Shown here: in pieces, positions 38,149-47,831 of the stretch
How the letters are laid out: the number at the start of each line of letters is the position of its first letter
How positions within the stretch are numbered: position 1 is the first letter of the stretch
From: a virus
Taxonomy: Duplodnaviria; Caudoviricetes
Virus record (IMG/VR): IMGVR_UViG_3300025875_000010
Location: 1 to 64,000 of that record
Strand: one strand, 5' to 3'
Length of the DNA stretch: 64,000 bases
Position numbers and translations under genes: made by a program
The notes under the pieces: model-generated
Seen by the model: the letters and a program-made list of their open reading frames with translations, nothing else
The model's database searches: none
Told to the model about the DNA's origin: nothing

Positions 38149-39023
38149 ATAATCACCATGCCCTGCCTGCGATATGGCTCTAGCAGATCATCCGCACGCT
38201 TGTTGCCCGTTCCACGGAAGGCACCGGCAGAATACATTAGATTCCAATCTCCGGACTTCATGGATTCTAGGTAACGATCACGGTAGATTGTCTCACCACT
38301 TCCATAGTCTTTAGCTAGCAGCAATGCGGCCTGACGGATATCATCTGGTACTGAATAATATCCCCACTCTCCCTCAATTTCATAAGTAGTGCCCGAACGG
38401 AACTTCTTCCAATAGGAATCTGGAACTACGATGACTCCACTAACAAGCTGAACATTATCGATATAGTCCTCTGGTGGCATTTCTTTAATGGTGAAATAGT
38501 TCTTATTACCTACGTATAGGTACCAACCATCGTTAGAGGTATTAAAATATCCAACCGGGCCTCCCTTGATTCTATGGACGCGCATTAGACGTTTAGGCAA
38601 AGCGATCTTTTTTTCTCCATTGCCCACCACGCTGCATGTTCCTATTTCATAACCAAAGTCTTGCTGAGTGTAAGTTTCTATAAAAATACGAACCTGCTCT
38701 TCCAAATCCTTCAACTCGCCATCAGCAATATGAACATCTTGGAAAACCGTTTTTAGATCACTCAATGAAACTAGCGGTGTAATAACTTCAACTGAGGTTG
38801 TCCTCTTAAAAGGATTGTCCCACGTTCCGCCGACCCACTCAATATCCAATCTTCCATCAAACTGAGTCTGGACATAAGTTAACTCTAATTCATAATTTGG
38901 GGCTGGCATTAAACCGACCTGCCTGTGAATCTCTTGACCATCCTTATAGACAATTGCAGTCAATGGACCGGGAAATGGATGTTCAAAAGTTACAGTTGCA
39001 TTAGTGTCACGGTAAACGCTCAT
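38145..39023 (-). CDS. Head-to-tail adaptor
   Basis: FIETYTQQDF...EGEWGY..VPDDIRQAALLL...TGN..ADDLL..YRR. Confidence 0.75.
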   Translation of the reverse strand: MSVYRDTNATVTFEHPFPGPLTAIVYKDGQEIHRQVGLMPAPNYELELTYVQTQFDGRLDIEWVGGTWDNPFKRTTSVEVITPLVSLSDLKTVFQDVHIADGELKDLEEQVRIFIETYTQQDFGYEIGTCSVVGNGEKKIALPKRLMRVHRIKGGPVGYFNTSNDGWYLYVGNKNYFTIKEMPPEDYIDNVQLVSGVIVVPDSYWKKFRSGTTYEIEGEWGYYSVPDDIRQAALLLAKDYGSGETIYRDRYLESMKSGDWNLMYSAGAFRGTGNKRADDLLEPYRRQGMVII

Positions 39024-39029
39024 TCTTAT

Positions 39030-39058
39030 ATTGTAATGGCTCCTTAGTTATTTATCAA
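39030..39058 (-). promoter_or_regulatory. Leaderless promoter
   Basis: TTGATA-N17-TACAAT-N6-ATG(39023). Confidence 0.7.
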
Positions 39059-42000
39059 ACTGTGCGATTGACTGTAGCCTCAACAACACCAGCCTGTAGC
39101 TTAGCTCCAAGGGGACCATACGTATACAAACCAATATTATAATTACTACCCCAACGCTCACCGGCTGCCCAGTACGTCACACTAACTCCCGCATCATTAA
39201 GAACAGTGTATGCAGACTGACCGACAGCATTCCACTGGGCCGTAGCAGGCCAACCGATTTCACCAATAAGACCCTTTTGGTTGTGCGTAGCAAGCCATTC
39301 AGTAAAATCATTAAGCTCATCTATTACACGAGCAGATAGATTTGCATAACCACGATTGACCGCATCAGTATTTACCACATCATAAGATTCTGCGTAAACT
39401 CCATTATTAGCAGGATCAAAGTAATAATGAGCCTCGTATACGGTCTTATTGGCGGGATCAGTAATCCAAGGGTTACCGTTCTTTAGTGCCCATTCTTTAG
39501 CTCCGCTCCAAGAATCACCGGCAATATAAATTATTCTGGTGTCACCAGTTCCTCTAATTGCAGTTACAGCAGCCTGGGAAGCAGACTTCCACGGAGTCAA
39601 CCCGGCGGCGCCCAAAGAGCCTTGAGCAAAATTATCAATATCAACAGTGTATGATGTTCCTGAAACAGCATCATTAGAGTCAATTTGAACCGCAAAAGCG
39701 TTAGACGTAAAGTCAGAATCATAGGTAGCCACGACGTTAACCGCAACTCCTGGAATTAACTGAGATACCGTTGCGCCCGTGTCTGCGCGCGTGTGTGTGA
39801 TGTTAGGTGCTGTCACCCACTGGTAGCTAGAATTCTGATATTGTGGCATGGCTCTCCATACACCCGCTGTACCGGCTGCTAGTGTCACCTGAATAGAAAG
39901 TGATCTTCCTGTCAACGTGCCTCCCAGCTTTTGCCCAGCGTCATCACGACGAATTGCCAAGAATCCAGATGAAGATGCAGTTGCAACAAGACGAAGTTTT
40001 CCGCTAGTACTACTTGCTGTTACTGTACCGCCACCGCCGGTCCATCCCTGAATACTGGTAGCCCAATCGTATCTTGTGGTGCCAGTAAACGCGCCAACGG
40101 GTGCGGGCGGAAGATCATGAGGCTCATTCATCAAACCCCATCCCACAATAGAAGTCTTACCAGCAAAACGCTGCTGCAACTTCGTCCACACATCAGCAAA
40201 ATTTGCATCAGTCAAGCCTGCTCCAAACATAACCTCAGTATCATCAGTCTTTACAAATCGACCATAATTATGGAGATCAGGAATAACATACAAGCCAGCA
40301 GCAGATGCTCTATCAATGGCATCTGATAGTTCTGTGATGCCTGGCTCAGACAACGCTCCACCGAGAACATTCTGTACTCTTTCCCAACGGAAAGGCATTC
40401 TTACTACCTTGTGACCTCTTGAATAGTAATAATCAAGGGATGCCCTAGAGTCATAAGAATAATCTGTGCTGTATACTCCCGGCAAAGAAAGTGGTTCATG
40501 AGCAAACTCTCCACCGGCTGAGTTAACTCCACGTAGAGTTACGGGAACGGCAGAAGCAGTTAAGGCAGCAGTTGCTGTTGCCTCTCCACCAACGCCAACA
40601 GCTTTAAGTTCAATAGTTTGTCCTGCTGTCATCTGATACGAAGTTAACTGAGTATCAATCTCAACCCACGCACCGGCGTTTGCCCTGATGTAAAGCAAAT
40701 CGGGCAATCCGGTTACCGTGAAGGTTACCAAACCAGAAGCGTTAATTTTTAGATTGTTAATTGTTGGTGGAAGAATTCTGTGAAACTTAGGCCAATAAAT
40801 TCCCAGATTAGGAACATTGTTAGCATTGTCTACACAGCTTACAACTAACCCTGTACCGGCCAGACCGGGGTGAGCCTTGTAAGCATAAGTTGCCAATCCC
40901 GAAGCAACAGGCTTTTTGAAGTGGGCTGTATTCTCATAAGCTTCCCTCTCGGAATAAGCCTTAAGCGTACACTGAGCAACAGTCTTATCAGCAAACCCTC
41001 CACCCCAAAATGGAGTGTACTGAATGCGAAGAGTTCCGTTTGGATTAATGGATCTTATAACTGCATCATAACCAGGATCATCTTTAACGTGATCGCCAAT
41101 CTGAAAAGTTGGTGGTGGTGGTCTGTATCCACCGCCCGGAGCTACTACAAAATTACCATTGCCATCCTTGGCGCTAACTCGCACTCCACCGCGCATAAAT
41201 GGGAAGCTTCCAACACAATCTACAATAACATACCGGCCGTCGGACCTTTTGTGTACACTCCCCTCAGAGGTGTCTGGATTCTCAGAAATTACAAAACCTT
41301 GAATTGGATCTGTTGACCAACCTCCAAAACCATTGTAATATTCTATGTTTGCTTGTGTACCTATTCCGGTAAAGTTAGCTGTAGACCAACGGCACAAGAC
41401 CCATCCACTGAATCTATTAATAGCAAATATATGAATGTAGCCACCTTCGATGGATGGGCTGAATACTGGACGGAAGCCAGTATCTCCACTAGCATAAAGC
41501 AATGTAGATACCCAAGTTGTAATATTAGTCGTCTTGGCATTTGGCACCCTGTGAACGCACCATCCCCACTCTCCACCTAACGGATTATTTGATTGAACGC
41601 GCATAGAGAGAACATACAGGTCATTTCCAATAAACACTCCGTCCATCGGCCACGAATAATGTGTATCTGAAATTGGGAACCAACGCAAGCTAGGACTCGT
41701 TGCCTTGTAGAATGTTACCGTAGAAGTAGAAAGATCAGGACCAGACTGAATAGCTAAACTGTCGTTAGTCATAACTGATCCGTTACGATCTACTGGAATT
41801 CCTGTTGCTGAATCTCTCCAATAGGTATCAGCAAACAGCCACAAAACCCGGCCGGTTCCATCATTAAACGGAATGCTTCTAGCAGAGTCTGCACCCAGCC
41901 ATCTGCCAGTATTACCGGTCCTTGGATCAAACTTAATATCTAGATCAGGAGCAGGCTGAACATTATACGCTTGTGTGTGTGTGTACACCATTTCATTACC

Positions 42001-42078
42001 GGCGAAAATTCTATCAATTCGATTAGCACCCGCTTTGAGTTTACCGAAAGTATTGCTGCCCATTTTAACTGTTGGCAT
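39055..42078 (-). CDS. Multidomain virion glycosidase: DUF4185/DUF5005-like beta-propeller plus GH5 with an inserted CBM-like domain
   Basis: WLGADSARS...VLWLFADT...YAYKAHP...YWPKF propeller; RGVNSAGGEF, VRMPFRWER, DLHNY, LMNEPH, YEAHYYFD and IGEIG GH5 motifs. Confidence 0.8.
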   Translation of the reverse strand: MPTVKMGSNTFGKLKAGANRIDRIFAGNEMVYTHTQAYNVQPAPDLDIKFDPRTGNTGRWLGADSARSIPFNDGTGRVLWLFADTYWRDSATGIPVDRNGSVMTNDSLAIQSGPDLSTSTVTFYKATSPSLRWFPISDTHYSWPMDGVFIGNDLYVLSMRVQSNNPLGGEWGWCVHRVPNAKTTNITTWVSTLLYASGDTGFRPVFSPSIEGGYIHIFAINRFSGWVLCRWSTANFTGIGTQANIEYYNGFGGWSTDPIQGFVISENPDTSEGSVHKRSDGRYVIVDCVGSFPFMRGGVRVSAKDGNGNFVVAPGGGYRPPPPTFQIGDHVKDDPGYDAVIRSINPNGTLRIQYTPFWGGGFADKTVAQCTLKAYSEREAYENTAHFKKPVASGLATYAYKAHPGLAGTGLVVSCVDNANNVPNLGIYWPKFHRILPPTINNLKINASGLVTFTVTGLPDLLYIRANAGAWVEIDTQLTSYQMTAGQTIELKAVGVGGEATATAALTASAVPVTLRGVNSAGGEFAHEPLSLPGVYSTDYSYDSRASLDYYYSRGHKVVRMPFRWERVQNVLGGALSEPGITELSDAIDRASAAGLYVIPDLHNYGRFVKTDDTEVMFGAGLTDANFADVWTKLQQRFAGKTSIVGWGLMNEPHDLPPAPVGAFTGTTRYDWATSIQGWTGGGGTVTASSTSGKLRLVATASSSGFLAIRRDDAGQKLGGTLTGRSLSIQVTLAAGTAGVWRAMPQYQNSSYQWVTAPNITHTRADTGATVSQLIPGVAVNVVATYDSDFTSNAFAVQIDSNDAVSGTSYTVDIDNFAQGSLGAAGLTPWKSASQAAVTAIRGTGDTRIIYIAGDSWSGAKEWALKNGNPWITDPANKTVYEAHYYFDPANNGVYAESYDVVNTDAVNRGYANLSARVIDELNDFTEWLATHNQKGLIGEIGWPATAQWNAVGQSAYTVLNDAGVSVTYWAAGERWGSNYNIGLYTYGPLGAKLQAGVVEATVNRTV

Positions 42079-42081
42079 ATG

Positions 42082-43305
42082 TCACCCCTGAATCACATAA
42101 AGTGTTGTAGCTACCTTGGTTGCCAGGGCATCATAAGCGGACTGAGTAATTGATCTTACTTCTGTGATTCCTACTCCCGTAACCTTGGTGTCAACTAGCG
42201 GCTTAAGGCTAGCTGGTGTAACTGCTCTGAATTGCTCTGTACCGGTATTTGTCTCGGTGACAGAAGCCAATTCAATAATTCCAGCTACCGATGTAGTAGC
42301 TGGGCGAACGGTTGGAGCCGTAGCTGTACCCGTTAGGTCACCGGCAAGTTGAATTAGACCCGGCGTTGTTGTAGTTGCATTTGGTGGGGTATAATCTCCG
42401 GCTTTGGCTGTACCGGCTATAGTGCCAATCACCAAACTAGAAGTACCAGCGCCAATAGTAGTTCTAACTGTGGCCGCATCGACAGAAGTAATGATGGTAC
42501 GACCGATGGGTGTTGAGTCAGTAATATTAGCAGACGTAACTGTACCACCGGTTCCACCTCCTGGCGTTGACCATGTGCCATCACCTCGAAGATATGTAGT
42601 TGCATCTCTTGTTCCTGTGGCTGTCAAATCAGTAACGACGTGAGTGTGAGCTAAAGGAGTTCTAGCATCACTAAGTCTCGAATCATTACCGGCCGCTGCC
42701 GTACCTGCCGTTGTACCAATAACAAGACTTGATGTTCCAGAGCCCGTAGCTGTACGCACAGCAGCAGCATCGACAGCAGTTAATATGGTTCTACCAATTG
42801 CTGTTGAATTGGAAATATCTGTCGCCGTATGAGTGTGAATAGTGTTTGCCTTACCAGCCAAACCGGGAACCGTTGGTGCTGCTGCTGTACCGGCCAAGTC
42901 ACCGGCAAGTTGAATAATTCCCTTTGCTGTAGTTGTAGCGTCAGTACCCCCAGCACCCGTTTGCCCCTGGGGAATTCCTATGTTAAGAGTCTGATTCGGC
43001 GCGGCGCCCGTGATGGTCGCAGTTGCGCTAGCACCAGCAGCCAAAGTGCTTACCGTACCAATCGACAAAACATTAGTTGGGCCAGTTTCTCCGATAGCAC
43101 CTCTAGGAATTCCTAGAGCAAGCGTGCGGGCGGAAGGAGTACCCCCTAATGTTACTGTGGGGGTAGCTCCCGCCGCTAACGCGCTAGCAGAGGCGCTGGT
43201 AATTGTACCGGCAGGTCCCTGCGAACCGGTAGGACCAGCATATCCAGGCACCTCAACGGTGATGACTTCAATGTCATCTGGGCTGTATGGAATCGGCATG
43301 GTCAT
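42082..43305 (-). CDS. Collagen-like fibre protein
   Basis: G-X-Y runs, TIG..TATITG.APNQTLN..IP.G repeats, HTH fibre repeats, GIIQLAGDL, and C-terminal TQSAYDALATKVATTLYVI. Confidence 0.8.
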   Translation of the reverse strand: MTMPIPYSPDDIEVITVEVPGYAGPTGSQGPAGTITSASASALAAGATPTVTLGGTPSARTLALGIPRGAIGETGPTNVLSIGTVSTLAAGASATATITGAAPNQTLNIGIPQGQTGAGGTDATTTAKGIIQLAGDLAGTAAAPTVPGLAGKANTIHTHTATDISNSTAIGRTILTAVDAAAVRTATGSGTSSLVIGTTAGTAAAGNDSRLSDARTPLAHTHVVTDLTATGTRDATTYLRGDGTWSTPGGGTGGTVTSANITDSTPIGRTIITSVDAATVRTTIGAGTSSLVIGTIAGTAKAGDYTPPNATTTTPGLIQLAGDLTGTATAPTVRPATTSVAGIIELASVTETNTGTEQFRAVTPASLKPLVDTKVTGVGITEVRSITQSAYDALATKVATTLYVIQG

Positions 43306-43311
43306 GACCTG

Positions 43312-43340
43312 ATTATACCTGCTCCATGATTATTTAGCAA
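43312..43340 (-). promoter_or_regulatory. Leaderless promoter
   Basis: TTGCTA-N17-TATAAT-N6-ATG(43305). Confidence 0.78.
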
Positions 43341-43343
43341 AAA

Positions 43344-46300
43344 TTATGAATAGGTCTTGCTATTAGTGTAGGCCACAACATTTGAGTTATTATATGCTGT
43401 GAACTTTCTAGTAACAGCCGTTCCCGTATCAGTAATCTCAATAATGCTGTACTGCTCAACCGTTCCGCTAGATGGGCTTGGTCCCCAAGTCAATGTGTTA
43501 ACCTTTTTCGAAGCACCCTGATGAAGAGGTGAAGAATGCATAACAGGAATACCAAGTGAATTGGTTCCATCGTCATATCCAACGGCGTGCATATCACCAG
43601 CCAAAATTTCAACGTTCTTGCCGCTAGCCTTAATAAAGTTGGCTAGCTCAGTACGCTCTGTGTTGTAACTAGGCCACTCATCATCAGCATCAGAATAATT
43701 TGAGAATGGCTGATCATTTCCCCAAAAGATTAGAGGCTCCGTTGCAGCCGTAATCGTATTCTTAAACCAAGTCTTCTGCTCAGCACCCAAAACAGTCTTT
43801 GAGCTATTGTCCGTAGCCGTTTGTACTGACTTGTAACTGCGGTTGTCGGTAACAATAAATCTAACTCTACCAATAACATACGTGTGATAGATTCCACCAG
43901 TAGCCGATGGCAATGAGTAATGCGGTACGCGCTTACGATATGCAGACTGAGCATATGGCTTAACAGTCGCTCCGGTGCCGCCAGTTCCATATGAATTGTT
44001 TGGACCGAAATCGTGATCACTCCACGTATAATCAAAAGCCATTTCCTTAAGCATTGGCCCAGAACCTGATGCGCTCAGCATTGTGTTAAACTTATTGTGG
44101 TAATTAGTCTCAGATGCTGTTGCATTGTCCGCATAGTGAAAATCTCCAACAGACAAGAAGAAGAGTGGAGAGTGAGCCTTAATTCTACCATAAGCTGCCG
44201 AAACACCATTTGCGTTGTCACATGAGGAAAAGGCAAACTTAAAGCTACTTGCGCCCTGAGGTGCTGTCCTCAAAGATTGAATCTTAGCTTTATCAATACC
44301 GGACCCTAGCTGCATTGCATAGTAATACTTAGTATTAGGTGTTAAGCCTGTAATTGTAGACTTCACATAACCGGCGCTATCTGGTGTTGAGGTAGTGGCA
44401 GCTAGAATTGGATTAGACATATCCGCTGAGGTGCTGACAGCAAGCTTCGCGGAAGGAGCACCTGAAGCCGTAGCTGATGCAGTAAATCCTGTAGACGTTA
44501 AGCCACCAGCCCACATTGTAACAATTGAGCCCGTTGGGTTTCCTGTACTGGTCTGGTTATGATAAGGGTTGGTAACCCCTGTTGGTACCGGCCAACCGGT
44601 ATGCCAGTGCCACAAATCTCTAATTTCTGTAGATGCATATTCCGTGGCAGAGGCACTTGTTTCATTGAATTGGTTATAGTTACCCACCTTTTGGTACCAA
44701 CTTGAACTTCCAGTAGATACCAAAGCATTTGAAGTAGCTGCTGGTACATTCATATTATTGTAGTAAAATCTTGCTTCACCAGCAACTATTTCTAGCATGC
44801 CCTCAAACTCTGTATTAGGAACATAATTATCGGCAAATACTACAATCTGACTTCCATTAGCCCTACCGACCAAACGGCACGTTCCATCACCATTGCTGGT
44901 TGTACGAATAGCAAGGCGCTCAGTGTCTCCATTATGAAGCTGAGCAATACATACCTCTGAATCATCCGGCGGAAGGTGTGTTACGCGCGCACGGAAGTGT
45001 AGCTGATGAACACCACCATCTTTTGCATCGAAGCCCATGTTTGTCCCGTTCAAATCAAGCTCTCTCAATTCAGAGCGCGCGAAGCTAGAGCCTGATGTTG
45101 TTGGGCCGTCAGCCCTCGCCCAAAATTGCACTCTATTAATTCCACCACTATTAACAACCTTGAAGTAAGGATCTTCGTTGTAACCGGCGGCAATGTCAGC
45201 CTGAGTCTTTGTGACAAACGTACTTCCACCATTAGGTGCAACCTGAACAGAAAAATGATTTTTTCCAGGTGCTGTGCCAATATTCAAAACCGTAGCTGGT
45301 GTTCCCGTTGGTGTTGGAGCTGGATCAACGGGTGTGGTTGGTGTTGTCGTAATGGCCGGTGAATAAACAGACTCGATGGCCTTATTGAATACCGTGGGCC
45401 AGCCCGTGTGCCAGTGCTCCAAATCTCTTACAATAACTCTAGAATATTCAGAAGGAAGATCCGATGTAGAGTTGCTTCTATTCTGAACACCAACCCTGAA
45501 CGACCAAGAAGCTGATCCTGTAGAGAGCAAAGCTGTTGAAGTAATAATTGGATCTCTCATGCTACCGTAATAAATTCTAAGCTGTCCATCAACAACTCGA
45601 ATTGAAAACTCAAATTCTGCATTAAGAACCAGAGGGTCCATTAAGCGAGGTGTGACCAAAGAACCATTAATAAACGCTCCCAAAGATACCACACCATTAG
45701 ATAGATATGCTCTGATTGATGCTCGGTCTCCCGAACCATTATTAAGCTCTGCAATTACTGTCTCGGGGTTGTTAGGTGGAAGATGAACAATTCTCATCTT
45801 ACCTCGGATGTAATGTGTTCCTACAAATGGGTTAAAAGTATATACTGAGCCATTAGAATTAACTTCTTTTAACTCCGTTCCAGTGAAATTAGAACCGGGA
45901 AGCTTCGGACCATCCAGTCTAGCACTCATCTGAACACCTCTCGTTTCAGATGGTGCTAATCTATAGAAGTCTACACTAGACATTACTGGACTTAAAAAGC
46001 CTAGAGCTTGACGAAGAAGGCCAACCTTTCTGGATACTACCGCATCCCTAGCCACGACAGACTTAGCTAGAAGTGCTAAATGATCAGACATTAAGAAACA
46101 GTGCAAATCTGCAATATCTTCTGTTACATTATATCTTGCCCAATCGCTCATGTAACCGGCCGGGTGGTCACCAGTAAAGGATGCTCCAAATGCAGAACCA
46201 GACGGGTTCTGTGCAGAAAAATTAGCCTGCATTGCAGCATCCCATACTGTATTAAGATAAATGGCAGCGTGCATGTACTCGTGATGGAACTGCTTTCTAA

Positions 46301-47831
46301 ATACCCTATCTCCCCAACGAGAATCAAGAAAAATAGTTGTTGTTGCCGCAGACCAAATGCTTGCTCCTGGACTGTTCATGTAACTAACACCATCAGTAAT
46401 GGCTACTGTTGACAACGGTGTTGATTGGACTCCCGCTGATGGATACTTGGCAACTTCCTGCACAAGAGCGCCAACCCTATTCTTAATGGTTTCCAAATCA
46501 GTCAGTGCCGTCCAAGAAATATTTTCTACATTAGAGCCTGTGGCCGGAACGGTCACATTGAATCCATATGTTGCTTCAATTGGATCAAGAGCAGCTAGAA
46601 CACCGTCTAAGCTGGTTGCCGCATTAACTGCCGAAATAATAGAAAATGTATTGTAGTACCTCTTAGCTGGTTCATGATACGAAGCATCAAAGTATGGAGA
46701 TAATGCAAATCCCGCACTAACCTCAGAGCCTGTCTTGATAACGGGCGCACTTAAGCCATCTCTTGACATTGCCAATGAGAAGTGATTCATTCCATCCAAT
46801 GGATCAAGATGTAGTAGCTGAGCTGGAGATGCAGAAATATGCTTGGCATGATCTACCGGACGAATTCTACCGTTGCCATAAATTCCCAAAACCTGCAAGG
46901 GCACCATGGCACCATTTCGCCAAATATAAAAATCTGTTTCAGTTACAGTTCCACTTAATGAAGTCCGAATAGTTTGAGCCGCTGATTCTGCTGAGCGGTT
47001 TCCTGCGGCGTCCACAGCAGATACCGTGTAGCTATACGCAGTGTTGGCTGACAAACCAGTGTCAACGTAGGTCCTATTGGTTAGTGCTGGGGCAATAGTA
47101 ACCCCGTTGCGCTGAACCCTATATGAAGCTACACCTACATTATCAGTGCTAGCATTCCATGAAATGCTAGTGCTAGTTGGATCGTTTGCAAATAAAATAA
47201 TTCCGGAAGGCACGGTTGGTGCGGTCGTATCAACCTCGGGGGCAGCGGAAAGATCGGTAGAAGCAAATCTGGCAATTCTTAAGCTGGGTGCTGTAGTTCC
47301 GCTGGAATAAACTCCCACGCCTCGCTGAGTGGCTGGCACTGCACCAGAAGCATCTTGAGCCTGAACAACTAGAACATCATTAACATAGCCACGAAGGATA
47401 ACGGCACTAGATGTTTCTTCAACTTCTAGCTTCATCTTTAATCCTTCGATCCTAGAATCGGTAGGAGTATTTCCACTTCCTAGCATGGTCATCGTAGTGC
47501 TGTTGGCTTCCTTGCGACGAATGGAAAACGCTGTTCCCGTACTTCCAGTCAAAAAGAATCCATAAAAAGCTTCGGTATTAGAATTAGAAGTTCCCAATTC
47601 TGGGAGGCGAACACAAGGCCCAGTGAAGCTTCCACCGTAAGTGTTTCCCATCTGAAAAGCAGATGAATGATTTCCTGTAGCCATAACAACCGGTGCGCGC
47701 TCAACATATGTATTTGTACCGGGCGGAACTATCGCACCCGACTTAAGGAGCATGCGGCTAGAATAGCCAGTCCAACCGTTTCCAGGTGAACTGGCGTCGC
47801 CCCTATCAAACTCGTCATTAAAAACTGTCAT
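43344..47831 (-). CDS. 1495-aa multi-enzyme virion protein: ConA-like, Fn3, degenerate PL7 split by a zincin, intact PL7, PhoD-like phosphatase
   Basis: DTTAPTVP...VDAAGNRS (Fn3); HEYMH; RSELRE, AQLH and YQKVGNYNQ (PL7); FAFSSC, VGDFHYAD, WSDHDFG, DNRSYK, LGAEQKTW and GDMHA (PhoD). Confidence 0.82.
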   Translation of the reverse strand: MTVFNDEFDRGDASSPGNGWTGYSSRMLLKSGAIVPPGTNTYVERAPVVMATGNHSSAFQMGNTYGGSFTGPCVRLPELGTSNSNTEAFYGFFLTGSTGTAFSIRRKEANSTTMTMLGSGNTPTDSRIEGLKMKLEVEETSSAVILRGYVNDVLVVQAQDASGAVPATQRGVGVYSSGTTAPSLRIARFASTDLSAAPEVDTTAPTVPSGIILFANDPTSTSISWNASTDNVGVASYRVQRNGVTIAPALTNRTYVDTGLSANTAYSYTVSAVDAAGNRSAESAAQTIRTSLSGTVTETDFYIWRNGAMVPLQVLGIYGNGRIRPVDHAKHISASPAQLLHLDPLDGMNHFSLAMSRDGLSAPVIKTGSEVSAGFALSPYFDASYHEPAKRYYNTFSIISAVNAATSLDGVLAALDPIEATYGFNVTVPATGSNVENISWTALTDLETIKNRVGALVQEVAKYPSAGVQSTPLSTVAITDGVSYMNSPGASIWSAATTTIFLDSRWGDRVFRKQFHHEYMHAAIYLNTVWDAAMQANFSAQNPSGSAFGASFTGDHPAGYMSDWARYNVTEDIADLHCFLMSDHLALLAKSVVARDAVVSRKVGLLRQALGFLSPVMSSVDFYRLAPSETRGVQMSARLDGPKLPGSNFTGTELKEVNSNGSVYTFNPFVGTHYIRGKMRIVHLPPNNPETVIAELNNGSGDRASIRAYLSNGVVSLGAFINGSLVTPRLMDPLVLNAEFEFSIRVVDGQLRIYYGSMRDPIITSTALLSTGSASWSFRVGVQNRSNSTSDLPSEYSRVIVRDLEHWHTGWPTVFNKAIESVYSPAITTTPTTPVDPAPTPTGTPATVLNIGTAPGKNHFSVQVAPNGGSTFVTKTQADIAAGYNEDPYFKVVNSGGINRVQFWARADGPTTSGSSFARSELRELDLNGTNMGFDAKDGGVHQLHFRARVTHLPPDDSEVCIAQLHNGDTERLAIRTTSNGDGTCRLVGRANGSQIVVFADNYVPNTEFEGMLEIVAGEARFYYNNMNVPAATSNALVSTGSSSWYQKVGNYNQFNETSASATEYASTEIRDLWHWHTGWPVPTGVTNPYHNQTSTGNPTGSIVTMWAGGLTSTGFTASATASGAPSAKLAVSTSADMSNPILAATTSTPDSAGYVKSTITGLTPNTKYYYAMQLGSGIDKAKIQSLRTAPQGASSFKFAFSSCDNANGVSAAYGRIKAHSPLFFLSVGDFHYADNATASETNYHNKFNTMLSASGSGPMLKEMAFDYTWSDHDFGPNNSYGTGGTGATVKPYAQSAYRKRVPHYSLPSATGGIYHTYVIGRVRFIVTDNRSYKSVQTATDNSSKTVLGAEQKTWFKNTITAATEPLIFWGNDQPFSNYSDADDEWPSYNTERTELANFIKASGKNVEILAGDMHAVGYDDGTNSLGIPVMHSSPLHQGASKKVNTLTWGPSPSSGTVEQYSIIEITDTGTAVTRKFTAYNNSNVVAYTNSKTYS

